DNA of 64,000 bases from an uncultured Candidatus Saccharibacteria bacterium (GTDB lineage: Bacteria; Patescibacteriota; Minisyncoccia; Phycocordibacterales; UBA2100), in contig CAYNQE010000001.1 of assembly GCA_964399345.1 (NCBI GenBank), forward strand, positions 17,060 through 81,059, given 5' to 3'. A program made the position numbers and the translations under genes. The notes beneath the pieces are model-generated. The model was not told the origin of the DNA and did not search any database. It saw only the letters and a list, made by a program, of their open reading frames with translations. Every line of letters begins with the position of its first letter. Within the stretch, counting starts at the first letter, position 1. Positions 19,901-30,390 of the stretch are shown here, piece by piece.

Positions 19901-21268
19901 ATGAGCGATACTCGTGTACCACCACAAGATTTAGATGCTGAACGCGCACTTCTTGGTGCAATTATGTTAAAGCCTAATGCAATGTACGACATTGCAGACA
20001 TGGTAAATTCAGATTCCTTTTACGCTAAAAAACATGGAGACATATTTGAAAGCATGCTTTCCCTTTTCAATAAGGGAGAGCCAATAGATCTTGTTACTCT
20101 TTCAGGAAAATTAAAGTCGCTAAAACAACTTGAACAAATTGGAGGGCGTGCCTTTCTTTCGGAACTCGCTGATTCTGCGCCAGCTGCAACAAATGCCACT
20201 CATTACGCACAAGTAGTAAAAGCAAAACAGATTCACAGAGAACTTATCTCTGCTGCAGATCATATTGGAGAACTTGGATACAAGGAAGATTCCGAAATTG
20301 ACAAGTTGCTTGATGAGGCACAATCAACTGTGTTCCAAATTGCCAACTCCTCTACACTACAAAAGTTTGTTTCCATTGGAGATGAACTTAAAGATGCTTG
20401 GAAAAGACTAGAGACTCTTCAGGAGAACAAAGATGAAATCCGAGGAATTCACACCGGGTTTAAAGATTTGGATAATATTCTAGCTGGGTTCCAAAAGTCT
20501 GATTTAGTAATATTAGCTGCTCGTCCTTCTGTTGGTAAAACAACACTTGCAATGGATATTGCACGTCAAACCGCAATCGCACATGGAAACGCCGTAGGAA
20601 TATTTTCTCTAGAAATGTCATCACAACAGTTAACTGATCGTATGTTAGCCTCTGAGTCCAAAGTAGACTCGTGGAAATTGCGAACTGGGCGGCTTTCATC
20701 AGACGATGAGTATGACAGGCTACGTAACGGAATGGACAGACTCTCAGCTGCTCCAATATATATTGATGATAAATCGGAAAGAACAGTTCTTCAAATGCGT
20801 TCCATTGCAAGACGACTAAAAGCTGAGAAAGGACTCTCACTTATAATAGTCGATTATCTTCAGCTGATTGTGCCAGGTGCTACTCGCCAATCAGACTCTA
20901 TGGTTCAACAAATTACAGAAATCTCCCGATCCCTAAAGGGAATGGCAAGAGAGCTAGATGTTCCGGTTCTTGCACTTTCACAGCTTTCTCGTGCAGTTGA
21001 ACAACGTGGTGGTACACCTAGATTATCTGACCTTAGAGATTCAGGATCAATCGAACAAGACGCCGATGTTGTTATGTTCATACACCGTGATGATCGCACT
21101 AACGAAAACTCCGACAGACCAAATATTGCAGACATTATGATTGAAAAACACCGTAACGGCCCTGTTGGGCGTATTGAGCTATATTTCGATGAGAAGCAAG
21201 CAACATTTAATCCTGTCTCAAAGACAGACTTTGGAGACTTCGCGGAAGCCTCTGAGGAAGAATTCTAA
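19901..21268 (+). CDS. dnaB: Replicative DNA helicase
   Basis: DnaB N-terminal domain (ERALLGAIML). Walker A ARPSVGKTT. RecA-like core with the H4 motif DSGSIEQDAD. Confidence 0.9.
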   Translation: MSDTRVPPQDLDAERALLGAIMLKPNAMYDIADMVNSDSFYAKKHGDIFESMLSLFNKGEPIDLVTLSGKLKSLKQLEQIGGRAFLSELADSAPAATNATHYAQVVKAKQIHRELISAADHIGELGYKEDSEIDKLLDEAQSTVFQIANSSTLQKFVSIGDELKDAWKRLETLQENKDEIRGIHTGFKDLDNILAGFQKSDLVILAARPSVGKTTLAMDIARQTAIAHGNAVGIFSLEMSSQQLTDRMLASESKVDSWKLRTGRLSSDDEYDRLRNGMDRLSAAPIYIDDKSERTVLQMRSIARRLKAEKGLSLIIVDYLQLIVPGATRQSDSMVQQITEISRSLKGMARELDVPVLALSQLSRAVEQRGGTPRLSDLRDSGSIEQDADVVMFIHRDDRTNENSDRPNIADIMIEKHRNGPVGRIELYFDEKQATFNPVSKTDFGDFAEASEEEF

Positions 21269-21270
21269 TT

Positions 21271-21864
21271 ATGACTGAACTGGATAAGTTAACAGAATTG
21301 TTTATGAAGTTCCCAGGAATCGGACCGCGCCAGGCGCGGAGGTTTGTTTTCTTCCTATTACGACAAGATGCCGGCTACAGAAATACATTGGCTAAGGCAA
21401 TAACTGAAGTGGCGTCTACCATAAAGCAATGTGAGAGTTGCCTGCGATATTCAACACTCTTGGAAGCTAAGTGTAAGATTTGTTCTGACTCTAGTAGAGA
21501 GAAGGATCAGTTAATGATCGTTGAAAAAGACACCGATATAGATCAAATGGAAAAGAGTGATTCCTACAAAGGAATGTACTTTGTTCTTGGTGGAGTAATG
21601 TCATTAACCGGAAAGAAAAATTACATGAGAGAGAAAGAACTTTCTGAATATTTTAAAAAGAATAAGTTGAAAGAAATAATTTTAGCGCTTTCAACTACAA
21701 CTGACGGTGAATATTCTACTCAATATCTTTTTGATAAAATTAAAGATTCTGAAACTCTTAAAGGTGTTAAAACAACAATCCTAGGAAGGGGTCTCTCGAC
21801 GGGTTCTGAACTTGAGTACGCTGACGCCGCGACTCTGTCTCAAGCGTTGAAAAATAGGGCGTAG
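21271..21864 (+). CDS. recR: Recombination protein RecR
   Basis: HhH N-terminus LTELFMKFPGIGPRQARRFVFFLL and C4 zinc finger CESC...CKIC. Confidence 0.8.
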   Translation: MTELDKLTELFMKFPGIGPRQARRFVFFLLRQDAGYRNTLAKAITEVASTIKQCESCLRYSTLLEAKCKICSDSSREKDQLMIVEKDTDIDQMEKSDSYKGMYFVLGGVMSLTGKKNYMREKELSEYFKKNKLKEIILALSTTTDGEYSTQYLFDKIKDSETLKGVKTTILGRGLSTGSELEYADAATLSQALKNRA

Positions 21865-21873
21865 TTTTGTATA

Positions 21874-22221
21874 GTGGGCAAAGCAGTTCAAACAATGGGG
21901 GTTAAAATGGAACTACTTTCACTAATCGCATTGATAGGTATTTTCGGATTTGATGGATATCACGCCGTAGCAACAAGCGCAAATCGAGTTCGCACAAAAA
22001 GATTTGGGGTTAAAGAACACGGCTTCGCCAGTGCTTTAACTACAATATTAATTATTCTAGCCGTTGCATCTATCTTTCCTGAAATAAGATCATTCTCTAT
22101 AATCGCTCTGCTATCAATGTACGCAGGGGTTGAGATAGCCGACAAACGTATACCGCGACACATCTCCACTAATAAAAAAGGCGCCTCCTTGGGGCGCCTT
22201 TCCATATCTAAACCTTTGTAA
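21874..22221 (+). CDS. Hypothetical small membrane protein. The 3' end runs through a terminator hairpin, so the true stop is uncertain.
   Basis: Three predicted TM segments. No recognisable motifs. Confidence 0.3.
   Translation: MGKAVQTMGVKMELLSLIALIGIFGFDGYHAVATSANRVRTKRFGVKEHGFASALTTILIILAVASIFPEIRSFSIIALLSMYAGVEIADKRIPRHISTNKKGASLGRLSISKPL
22176..22203 (-). terminator. Rho-independent terminator after rplU
   Basis: aaggcgcc-tccttgg-ggcgcctt hairpin followed by a TTTTTTATT run on the minus strand. Confidence 0.65.
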
Positions 22222-22609
22222 TCTTCACTCTCGTGTAAGGTTGTCTGTGTCCTTTGTTTTTAAAGTATCGGCTCTTTGCGCGGAATCTGATAACTGAAAT
22301 CTTTTTGTCTCGTCCTTCTTGAATAAATTCAGCCATTACCTTTGCTCCCTTAACTGTTGGCTCTCCTACCTTTGTTTCTTTTCCGTTGTCAGTAAGAAGC
22401 ACTTCTTCAAATTCAATCTTTGCTCCTTCTTTCTTCTCTCCTCCTAGTAGTTCTATGTTAAGAAAGTCACCTTCTCGTACAATGTATTGTTTACCTCCTG
22501 TTGCAATAACAGCAAAACCGCTCTCCTTTTTAGCAGGAGCTTTTTTTACTGCAGCTTTCTTAGCAGGTGTCTTTTTTGCTGTTACTTTCTTTTCAGCCAT
22601 AAGTCCCAA
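22208..22609 (-). CDS. rplU: 50S ribosomal protein L21 with a Lys/Ala-rich N-terminal extension
   Basis: FAVIATGGKQYIVREGDF...FRAKSRYFKNKGHRQPYTRVKI is the L21 core. Confidence 0.85.
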   Translation of the reverse strand: MGLMAEKKVTAKKTPAKKAAVKKAPAKKESGFAVIATGGKQYIVREGDFLNIELLGGEKKEGAKIEFEEVLLTDNGKETKVGEPTVKGAKVMAEFIQEGRDKKISVIRFRAKSRYFKNKGHRQPYTRVKITKV

Positions 22610-22641
22610 TATATTAATGATTTGTCACGAAAAAGCAAGGT

Positions 22642-23658
22642 CTACCCCTGCTTTTCAGGCTTTTCAATCTCAAGTAAGTCTACCCCGCTAGATTCTCCCG
22701 TGATGCGTAAAACATCTTTATCTATCTTATTTAATTCCTTATACCCTGCATTGTAGTGATTTACCGTAGTTGCCAGCTGGTTTCCTAGTTTTGTGTAATA
22801 GTCTTCGTACCTATTTAAGTGTGAAGATAGCTTACTAACATTCTTTAATATGTCTTGTGCTTTTTCCTCTATTTCCATTGCTTTTAGACCCTGAAGGACT
22901 GTTTGTAGATATGCTAGGAAAGACGTTGGAGACACTATTATCACCTTCTGTTGGCTTGCAGCGCGCTGTATGAGGGATTCATCGTCGGCTCCAACCTTGT
23001 TTGTTATCAAGTCATAATATATCCCCTCGCTAGGGATAAACATAAAGGCAAAGTCCACTGTTCCCTCTTCTGGTTTTATATATTTTGCAGTTTCCTGTAT
23101 TCGTAACTTTAAATCATTAACAAAAGTTTTCTCAAACGCTGCTTTTTCGTCTTTTCCTGAGGCAATCATTCTGTTGTAATTCTCAAGAGAGAACTTTGAA
23201 TCAATAGGAATTATCTTATCTTTAACACGAACGATGGCGTCCACTATTTCTCCATCTGAAAAACTATACTGCATTTTGTAACTCTCAGGAGAAAGAACGT
23301 TTTGCAAAACAGTTTCAAGATAATATTCACCTAGAACTCCTCTTTGTTTTGGATTTTGTAATACGTCTTGAAGTTTTTGTAGTTGTTCAGCAAATCCTAC
23401 AACCTGTTTGTTAGTTTCTCCAAGTTCCGTTAAGTGTTTCGTTACATCTTGAACAATTCTGCTGGATTCTTTTAATTGCTGGTGAACTGAGTCGTTAATT
23501 TGTTTTGTACTGTCCCCTATCTTTGTATCAAAAGAAGTACGTAGATTCTGAATTTCTTTTTGAAGAAAATCTACTTGAGAGCCGCCTCTAACTAATTTAA
23601 CGATGTACGCCATCGCAATTAAGTTGAACGCGAGAATTACTATTATCCAGATCGTCAT
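22642..23658 (-). CDS. rmuC: RmuC-family DNA recombination protein
   Basis: N-terminal TM, a long coiled-coil, then a C-terminal RmuC-like region. Confidence 0.5.
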   Translation of the reverse strand: MTIWIIVILAFNLIAMAYIVKLVRGGSQVDFLQKEIQNLRTSFDTKIGDSTKQINDSVHQQLKESSRIVQDVTKHLTELGETNKQVVGFAEQLQKLQDVLQNPKQRGVLGEYYLETVLQNVLSPESYKMQYSFSDGEIVDAIVRVKDKIIPIDSKFSLENYNRMIASGKDEKAAFEKTFVNDLKLRIQETAKYIKPEEGTVDFAFMFIPSEGIYYDLITNKVGADDESLIQRAASQQKVIIVSPTSFLAYLQTVLQGLKAMEIEEKAQDILKNVSKLSSHLNRYEDYYTKLGNQLATTVNHYNAGYKELNKIDKDVLRITGESSGVDLLEIEKPEKQG

Positions 23659-23673
23659 AGAATAATTATACTC

Positions 23674-26325
23674 CTATTTCCTATTCAAAAACACTTTCGC
23701 AATTTCAACCACAATTAGATTCAATAACCCAAGAAGAACTATAATAAATATTTCATTAAACGAAAGACTTGTTAGTGACAGTAGCTTTTTTAAAGGCTCG
23801 AAGGTAAGAGTGAGTATCAATAAACCAAAACTTGCAAACAAAGCGGCAATTAAATATAGATTTGAAAGAAGAGGTATTCTCCAGATTGGTCTTGATAGGT
23901 CTTTAAAGGAGAAAGTGTAGAACATTGCATCTATTGAAAGGGCTGCAAACATAATGGTTCGAACTTTCTCGATTGGAACACCACCCCAAAGCAGAAGGAA
24001 GAAAAGTCCAAGCAAGAATACTCCCGTAATCGCGCTAACCAGGAAGATAAACCATTGAACTTTTCCTGTTAAAACACTTCCAATTCCTAGTTTTGCTGGC
24101 TTCTTTTTCATGGAGCCCTTTTCTGCTGGTTCAAATGCAAAAGGAAAGCTCATAAAACCTTCTTCAATTATATTTGCCCAAAGAATTTGGGTTGGTAGAA
24201 GTGGAAGAGGTGCGCCAAAAGCAAAAGATCCACCAATTACAATTACTTCACTAAAGCTAGTTGATAAAAGATAGGTAACAATCTTCTTTAAGTTTGCAAC
24301 TATCCTTCTGCCTTCTGCAATTGCAGCCGTTATCACAGAGAAACTATTCCCTATTAGTATTAAGTCTGACGCTTCTTTGGCTACTTCAGTACCACTTCCG
24401 ACTGCTATTCCAATGTCAGCTGCGGCAAGTGCCGGGGCGTCGTTTACTCCGTCTCCGGTCATTGCAACCACCTCCCCACTGTTGCGTAATAATCTGGTAA
24501 CTCTTAATTTCTGCTCGGGTAATACTCTTGCAACAATATTATGTTCCATTAATGCCTTTAGCAATTGCTCGTCGTCGAGTTTTTCTATAGCAGCCCCAGT
24601 GAGAACAGGGGCATTTTTTCTAATGTCTATCCCTACCTCAAATGCTATTGCTCTTGCAGTTTCCGGATAGTCCCCTGTTAACATAACAACTCGAGCACCT
24701 GCACCAGATGCAATTTGAATTGCTTCCTTAACGTCGGGGCGAACGGCATCAGCAAAGGCTAATAATCCAACAAAAACAAAATTACCCTCTTCTGGGTTTT
24801 TGACATTTTCTGGAACAGAGTCTCCATTAGTCTTAACGTAGGCAACGGCCGTAAAGCGCATGCCACTTGCGGAAATCTCTGATTGTAGTTTTGAAAACTT
24901 CTCTCTAACTTCTTTTGTTAACTCTTTTTCAGAATTATCGTCAAAATATTTATTAGAAAGAGCTAACATGTGCTCAGGAGAACCTGAAATATATATCCTG
25001 TTCCCTTTATCGGGACAATTGTTTAAAGAAATGGCGTAGCGTCTGCTCGGTTCAAACTGAACAAAGTCTAATCGATTATACCCATTTAGAAAAAGATCGC
25101 TCTGTGAGAGACCTGCAGTTAGTCCGGCCTCCACTATTGCCTTTTCTATAGGCCGCCCGTGAACTTGTAGTTTTCCAGCCTCCTCTTTATCTTCTTCAAC
25201 AAAAGCATCAGATGAGAGAACCGCCATCCTAAGAAGCTCTTTATTATCTGAAGCTGCTGTAGTGTCGTTCGATTCAATTCCATAGTGGGTATACAATCCA
25301 CGCATTATCATTCTTCCTTGGGTTAATGTTCCAGTTTTGTCTGTAAGAATAGTTGTAGTTGAACCAAGAGTTTCTGCTGCAAGCAGGTTTTTAACTAGCC
25401 CACCTTTTTTTAGAATTGCCTCCATCCCAATTGCCAAAACAATTGTAACAGCCGCAGGAAGTCCTGCGGGCATTGCAGCAACTGCAACTGCAATTGAAAG
25501 TAGCAACATTGATACAAGTGACTCACCTCGAAGAAGGCCTAGTGCTAGTATTCCAATCAAAGCAACCCCGATAACTAAAATCAAAAATCTAGCAATTCTT
25601 CTTATACTCTTCTGTAGTGGAGTAGCAGTTACCCCAGCCTCATTAGTATCTTTGGCAACCTGTCCAAATCGCGCATTAGCCGCGGTGGCTACCACAACTC
25701 CTAGTCCACTTCCTTGTGAGAGAAGTGTGCCCATCCACACCATATTCTTTTGCTCTCCAAGAGGAAGCGCTCTTCCAAATGGTTGTGCAATTTTTTCTAC
25801 TGGTATCCACTCTCCAGTTAGAGAGGACTCGTCTACGGATAAACTATTTACCTCCAACAATCGAATATCAGCAGGAACTGCAGATCCTCCGGCAAGGTAC
25901 ACAATATCCCCTGGAACCAATTCACTTGAAGGTAACACCTGCTGCTTTCCATTGCGGATAACGGTGGTGTTTTTTTCTTGAGATTTTTCAAGTGCATCAA
26001 ATACTCTCGAGGCTTTTCCTTCCTGCAAAAGTCCCACGGTAAGGTTTATTACCAACGCAAATCCAATAACAATAGAGTCTAGATATTCCCCAAGTGCAAT
26101 CGTTGCAATCCCTGCAACTATCAAAACTAACGACAGTGGACTTTTTAGAAGCCTAAATAATCTTTCTAGGAATATAAAACCGTCTGCTTTGGGAAGAATA
26201 TTCGGCCCATACTCCTGCGTAAGAGAATTAACCTGCTCTTGGTTTAGCCCACTTGCCCTATCTGTATTTAATATAGTTAAAAGCTTTTCTTCAGCAAAAC
26301 TGTGCCACATACCCTTGGTATTCAT
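23674..26325 (-). CDS. Cation-transporting P-type ATPase (type II, Ca2+/Mg2+-like)
   Basis: DKTGTLT phosphorylation motif, TGDGVNDAPAL hinge motif, ten TM helices, 883 aa. Confidence 0.9.
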   Translation of the reverse strand: MNTKGMWHSFAEEKLLTILNTDRASGLNQEQVNSLTQEYGPNILPKADGFIFLERLFRLLKSPLSLVLIVAGIATIALGEYLDSIVIGFALVINLTVGLLQEGKASRVFDALEKSQEKNTTVIRNGKQQVLPSSELVPGDIVYLAGGSAVPADIRLLEVNSLSVDESSLTGEWIPVEKIAQPFGRALPLGEQKNMVWMGTLLSQGSGLGVVVATAANARFGQVAKDTNEAGVTATPLQKSIRRIARFLILVIGVALIGILALGLLRGESLVSMLLLSIAVAVAAMPAGLPAAVTIVLAIGMEAILKKGGLVKNLLAAETLGSTTTILTDKTGTLTQGRMIMRGLYTHYGIESNDTTAASDNKELLRMAVLSSDAFVEEDKEEAGKLQVHGRPIEKAIVEAGLTAGLSQSDLFLNGYNRLDFVQFEPSRRYAISLNNCPDKGNRIYISGSPEHMLALSNKYFDDNSEKELTKEVREKFSKLQSEISASGMRFTAVAYVKTNGDSVPENVKNPEEGNFVFVGLLAFADAVRPDVKEAIQIASGAGARVVMLTGDYPETARAIAFEVGIDIRKNAPVLTGAAIEKLDDEQLLKALMEHNIVARVLPEQKLRVTRLLRNSGEVVAMTGDGVNDAPALAAADIGIAVGSGTEVAKEASDLILIGNSFSVITAAIAEGRRIVANLKKIVTYLLSTSFSEVIVIGGSFAFGAPLPLLPTQILWANIIEEGFMSFPFAFEPAEKGSMKKKPAKLGIGSVLTGKVQWFIFLVSAITGVFLLGLFFLLLWGGVPIEKVRTIMFAALSIDAMFYTFSFKDLSRPIWRIPLLSNLYLIAALFASFGLLILTLTFEPLKKLLSLTSLSFNEIFIIVLLGLLNLIVVEIAKVFLNRK

Positions 26326-26370
26326 ATTGAATATATTGTAACAGAGTAAACAATGATATATTGTTCACAT

Positions 26371-26820
26371 ATGTTACATCAACAACTTAAAGAGAAAATG
26401 GTCGCAGCCCTTAAGGCGCGCGAAGAAGTTGCACTTACTACCCTAAGAGGAATACTTGGTGCAATTACTAATGAACTAGTAGCTCAAAGACGAAAGCCTG
26501 ACGAAATGCTAGAGGATGACGGAGTTCTCTCTGTTATTAAACGCGCAGTTAAACAAAGAAAAGATTCAATTGAGCAATTCGAAAAAGGAGGCCGTGACGA
26601 TCTTGCTTCAAGAGAAAAGGAAGAACTCGCTATTTTGGAAGAATACCTGCCCTCTCAAGCCTCACGGGAGGAAATAGAAGCGGTGGTTGTAAAAGTTATC
26701 GAATCCCTAGGAGAAGTTGATCCAAGTAAGATGGGAATAGTAGTGGGAGCCGCCATGAAAGAACTGGCCGGAAGTGCAGATGGAGCTATTGTAAAAGAAA
26801 TTGTTGCAGAAAAGATCTAG
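26371..26820 (+). CDS. GatB/YqeY-domain protein
   Basis: YqeY family features including a C-terminal GatB-like helical domain. Start taken at the second ATG. The ORF track extends to 26353. Confidence 0.7.
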   Translation: MLHQQLKEKMVAALKAREEVALTTLRGILGAITNELVAQRRKPDEMLEDDGVLSVIKRAVKQRKDSIEQFEKGGRDDLASREKEELAILEEYLPSQASREEIEAVVVKVIESLGEVDPSKMGIVVGAAMKELAGSADGAIVKEIVAEKI

Positions 26821-28022
26821 CGTACCTGAACCTTCTTATTTAGAACAAGCATAAATAAGGCAACCGTTGCCGCAAGAACAAATGCCACTCGTATATCAAA
26901 GTATGAGAGAAGTGTCGCTATGATCAAAACCATAACGATTCTCCCTATGGCAAGTGACATCTCCTTAAGTGCTGTGTATTCATCTACGTAGCGTCCATTG
27001 TCTGCTGCTTGTTCATAAGTAGTAGCATCAAAGGAAAGACCATTAACTGTTCTCCCGAAGTTGTGATAACTATCAGCTGCAAACACTTGAAGCGGAGTTT
27101 GTACAAATAATTTAGATACCCACCCGGTTGTTGCCATTACTACTCCAACAACAAGTATCTTTCTCTCACTCCAGGAATCAAACAATTTTCCAACTATAAC
27201 TCTTAGAATAATCACTACTATAATTGTAAGAGATGTTATTACACCCAGTGCTGTAAATCTCTCGTCCAGAAGCGCGAAGATATAGATTGGCCAGAAAAGA
27301 GTAATCGCTACACCTTGTGCTCCATTTGCAGAGTGCGCTAAAAACAATGGACGATTTCTACGGTCAAACAAATGCATAAAAGTTTCTATGTAGCTCCAAC
27401 TGAATGTCTCGTATGTATTACTCATAAACCACAATGGGGCCATAGAAATAATCATTATTACTATTGAAAACGCAAATACTAAAGAAAATCCACCAGAAGT
27501 AATCATCACTCCACCGATCAGAGGAACCAAAACCAAAATGACACTTGCTATGTTTCGTAGAATAGCTAATTGCCTTCCCCTCATATGTTCGTCTAGTGCG
27601 TTTGAGAAATCTACATGATACGGAATCCAGTAAAATGCCTTGTAAATGGATGCAAAAAGAATGTATGCGATTGTCGCGTAAACTGGATTATGTGGAAACA
27701 AATATAGCGATACAACTGCCAATGTAACAAATAGAATACCTAAGATTATCATTACCTTAGTTCCTAGTACCCCAAGAAGCCTTGCGCTTAATGGCGTCAG
27801 TAAAAGTTGAGTACTGAAGATCACGAGATAAATCGCTATAACAACTTGGAGGTCGTAACCGAATTCAACATAAAAGAAAATCGGAAGAAATACCCCGAGT
27901 ACCCCAAAAGCTATTCTCATTAGTGTACGGCTCGCGTATAAGGTAACTAAATCTTGAGAAAAGTGAGCTTTCTTGTAAAGTCCGTGCACTACTTTCTGTG
28001 CTTTTTCTTGAAGATCGTCCAT
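26817..28022 (-). CDS. Polytopic membrane protein, putative MFS-like transporter
   Basis: About 12 predicted TM helices. No canonical MFS signature was seen. Confidence 0.4.
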   Translation of the reverse strand: MDDLQEKAQKVVHGLYKKAHFSQDLVTLYASRTLMRIAFGVLGVFLPIFFYVEFGYDLQVVIAIYLVIFSTQLLLTPLSARLLGVLGTKVMIILGILFVTLAVVSLYLFPHNPVYATIAYILFASIYKAFYWIPYHVDFSNALDEHMRGRQLAILRNIASVILVLVPLIGGVMITSGGFSLVFAFSIVIMIISMAPLWFMSNTYETFSWSYIETFMHLFDRRNRPLFLAHSANGAQGVAITLFWPIYIFALLDERFTALGVITSLTIIVVIILRVIVGKLFDSWSERKILVVGVVMATTGWVSKLFVQTPLQVFAADSYHNFGRTVNGLSFDATTYEQAADNGRYVDEYTALKEMSLAIGRIVMVLIIATLLSYFDIRVAFVLAATVALFMLVLNKKVQVR

Positions 28023-28073
28023 GTTAACTAATTATAACGCACACTGGTGCGATATCTTTAGCAATTCACATCT

Positions 28074-28661
28074 CTAAAGCTTCCCCACCAAATCAAGAGT
28101 GGGTCGTATCGTGTCATCTCCAGGAGACCAGTTTGCAGGGCAAACCTTACCGTCATTTTCTGCTACAAATTTAGATGCTTGAACTTTTCTTAAAGTTTCC
28201 TTGGCATTTCTACCAATACTGTTGTCGTTAATTTCAGCACCCTTAATTACTCCTTCTGGATCAATTATAAAAGTACCTCTGCGTGCAACTCCCGTTTCGA
28301 GAATATGTACTCCAAAAGCGTGAGTGAGTTCGTGAGTTGGGTCCGCTGCCATTGGATATTCAATCTTCCCTATTGTAGAAGACGCGTCATGCCAAGCCTT
28401 ATGTACGAATACAGTATCAGTTGATACAGAAACAATTTCAGCACCTTCTTTCTGAAAAGACTCATAAAGTTCTGACATATCTTCGAGTTCTGTAGGACAA
28501 ACAAATGTAAAATCTGCAGGATAGAAGAAAAGTACTAACCATTTCCCTTTTAGCTCATCCATCCCCATCTTCTTTATTCTTTTCTCATGAAAAGCTTCGA
28601 ATTCAAAGTTTGGCACTGTATCTCCCACGCTAAGTGGTAAAAATTCATCTAAATTGTCCAT
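28074..28661 (-). CDS. Peroxiredoxin (AhpC/TSA family)
   Basis: FYPADFTFVCPTELED is the peroxidatic Cys motif. Confidence 0.85.
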   Translation of the reverse strand: MDNLDEFLPLSVGDTVPNFEFEAFHEKRIKKMGMDELKGKWLVLFFYPADFTFVCPTELEDMSELYESFQKEGAEIVSVSTDTVFVHKAWHDASSTIGKIEYPMAADPTHELTHAFGVHILETGVARRGTFIIDPEGVIKGAEINDNSIGRNAKETLRKVQASKFVAENDGKVCPANWSPGDDTIRPTLDLVGKL

Positions 28662-28701
28662 ATGTATTGTTTGTTAAGTATAACGGCTATATAGTATCAC
28701 A

Positions 28702-29577
28702 ATGGAAAAAGTAATAGTTATTGTAGGAACTAACGCCTCAGGTAAAAGTTCTCTTGCAATACGTTTAGCAAAAAAATACAACGGAGAAGTAATTTCTGCT
28801 GATTCCCGCCAGGTATACAAAGGATTAGATATAGGAACTGGTAAGGTTACCGAAGAAGAGATGGGAGGGATTAAACATCACCTTCTAGATGTCTCTGAAG
28901 TTAGTAATCGCTACACTGCAGCAAACTTCGCACGAGACGGTCAAATTGCGATACAAGAAATTGTTAAAAAAGGAAAAGTTCCGATTATTGCCGGTGGAAC
29001 TGGTTTCTATATCCAGGCACTATTAAATCCAAATGTATTGGCTTCAATCCCGCCTAACGAGAACTTAAGAAAAGAGCTGGAGAAGAAGACTGAGAAAGAA
29101 CTCTTAGAACAATTGAAAGAAATTGACGAAGAACGAGCTCTCAAACTTAGCGAGCAAGTTAATAAAAGAAGACTGGTTCGTGCAGTTGAAGTTGCGCTAA
29201 CTTCTCCCGAGATGTTTGAAACTACTACCTCAACAGAATATGAAGTTCTTTGGATCGGAATACATTGGAGCAAGGAAGATCTTGAGGCGCGAATTAAAGA
29301 GAGAACGAACCTACGTATTGAGCAAGGAATGATTGAGGAGGCAAAAAATCTAAATACCTCATTTGAAAGAATGCGAGAGCTTGGACTAGAGTACAAACAC
29401 CTTGCTGATTACCTAGAAGAGAAAATAACAAAAGAAGAATTGGTTGAAAATATTAATATTGGAGACAGACAATATGCCAAAAGGCAACGTACGTGGTTTA
29501 AACGTAACGAATCAATAAACTGGTTTGAGAATGGCGAACTTCAAAAAGCAGGTAAACTTGTAGAGGAGTTTTTATAA
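28702..29577 (+). CDS. miaA: tRNA dimethylallyltransferase
   Basis: P-loop VGTNASGKSS. ISADSRQVYKGLDIGTGK matches MiaA. Confidence 0.85.
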   Translation: MEKVIVIVGTNASGKSSLAIRLAKKYNGEVISADSRQVYKGLDIGTGKVTEEEMGGIKHHLLDVSEVSNRYTAANFARDGQIAIQEIVKKGKVPIIAGGTGFYIQALLNPNVLASIPPNENLRKELEKKTEKELLEQLKEIDEERALKLSEQVNKRRLVRAVEVALTSPEMFETTTSTEYEVLWIGIHWSKEDLEARIKERTNLRIEQGMIEEAKNLNTSFERMRELGLEYKHLADYLEEKITKEELVENINIGDRQYAKRQRTWFKRNESINWFENGELQKAGKLVEEFL

Positions 29578-29584
29578 TGACCGG

Positions 29585-29655
29585 CGGGCCCACCAGGACT
29601 CGAACCTGGAACGTTGGTTTTGGAAACCAAAATTTTGCCTTTAAACTATAGGCCC
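29585..29655 (-). tRNA. tRNA-Trp (anticodon CCA)
   Basis: Manual fold gives a 71-nt cloverleaf. Acceptor GGGCCTA pairs with TGGGCCC. Anticodon stem TTGGT/ACCAA with loop TTCCAAA. T-arm CCAGG-TTCGAGT-CCTGG. Confidence 0.8.
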
Positions 29656-30093
29656 GTATTTATTCATTGTCTCGCGGGCAATTGCCTGCACCTCACGAGC
29701 TACAATAACATCATAATACCTTATTGAAACACATCCTTGATAATTGTCCCTAGTGCGTGGCCCATGATTCGACTTTATAAATGGCTTTATGAATCTAGAC
29801 ACTGGTATATTAGTTATTTTTGCCCAAAAACGCAATTGTTTTTTAATGTCATGATATGCATGTAGCTGAACAGAGACTCGCAACTTAGTTTCGTCTATCT
29901 CAAAATTGTCCCTTAGTAGCTTTAAAAATAAGGAAACCAACTTGGGATCAGGATTAACAAATTGCAACTCCCCGTCACTAAGTGACTTCGAACCCTCACA
30001 CCAATGAAGCATTGCACATAGAACTTTCCCATACGAATTAGACATTGTTACAGAATTTAATACCAGGTACGCTTTTTCCTTTGCATCCTGCAA
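29641..30093 (-). CDS. LAGLIDADG-type endonuclease domain ('LHWCEG' variant). It looks like the C-terminal part of a disrupted HTH-endonuclease gene, paralogous to 31090-31698.
   Basis: AMLHWCEGSK and C-terminal IRYYD align with MLYWAEGYD and IRYHD of the 202-aa paralog. The motif resembles the I-DmoI second LAGLIDADG helix (GLYVAEGD). The 3' end overlaps tRNA-Trp by 15 nt. Confidence 0.5.
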   Translation of the reverse strand: MQDAKEKAYLVLNSVTMSNSYGKVLCAMLHWCEGSKSLSDGELQFVNPDPKLVSLFLKLLRDNFEIDETKLRVSVQLHAYHDIKKQLRFWAKITNIPVSRFIKPFIKSNHGPRTRDNYQGCVSIRYYDVIVAREVQAIARETMNKYGPIV

Positions 30094-30164
30094 TCTTTTA
30101 CTTGTTCTTTGTCGAAGTATTCTCTGCGAAGAAAGCTGCCCGAGCGTGTATAAACTTTTTAACC

Positions 30165-30308
30165 TTAACTTGCTTTCTTATTTAATACAATGTTATTGCA
30201 CCACAGAGAGGCAGTGCCTTTAGAAACGCTCAATAGTTCACTTATCTCCTTTAGAGAATAGCCTTTTCTTCTTAAGATAAGTGCTTGTTGTTTTTCCTTG
30301 AATTTCAT
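30165..30308 (-). pseudogene. Detached 47-aa HTH fragment. It corresponds to the N-terminal HTH of the intact paralog and is separated from the nuclease domain by two stop codons and a frameshift.
   Basis: MKFKEKQQALILRRKGYSLKEISELLSVSKGTASLW parallels LYSKQGYSMQKIATRFAVSIDAV in the 202-aa paralog. TAA and then TAA stops precede the downstream ATG. Confidence 0.4.
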
Positions 30309-30390
30309 ATCGAACCCCTATCTGGAGTTATATTATACCATATTTAGGATATTCCTAGAAAAGAAAAAGAGTCGCTTTTGCGACTCTTTT

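Noticed and set aside
15197-22609. rplU (L21) and rpmA (L27) are not adjacent here, unlike the usual rplU-rpmA operon
   Set aside because: Noted as a synteny oddity only. Both genes look intact and independently terminated. Nothing in the sequence indicates a rearrangement breakpoint or mobile element between them.
25337-25981. 214-aa + ORF inside the P-type ATPase gene
   Set aside because: Antisense to a strongly supported 883-aa ATPase with a low-complexity Ser/Pro/Ala composition. The same reasoning applies to other long antisense ORFs, for example 2615-2995, 4716-5246, 32573-33193, 37352-37924, 57982-58428 and 59290-59679.
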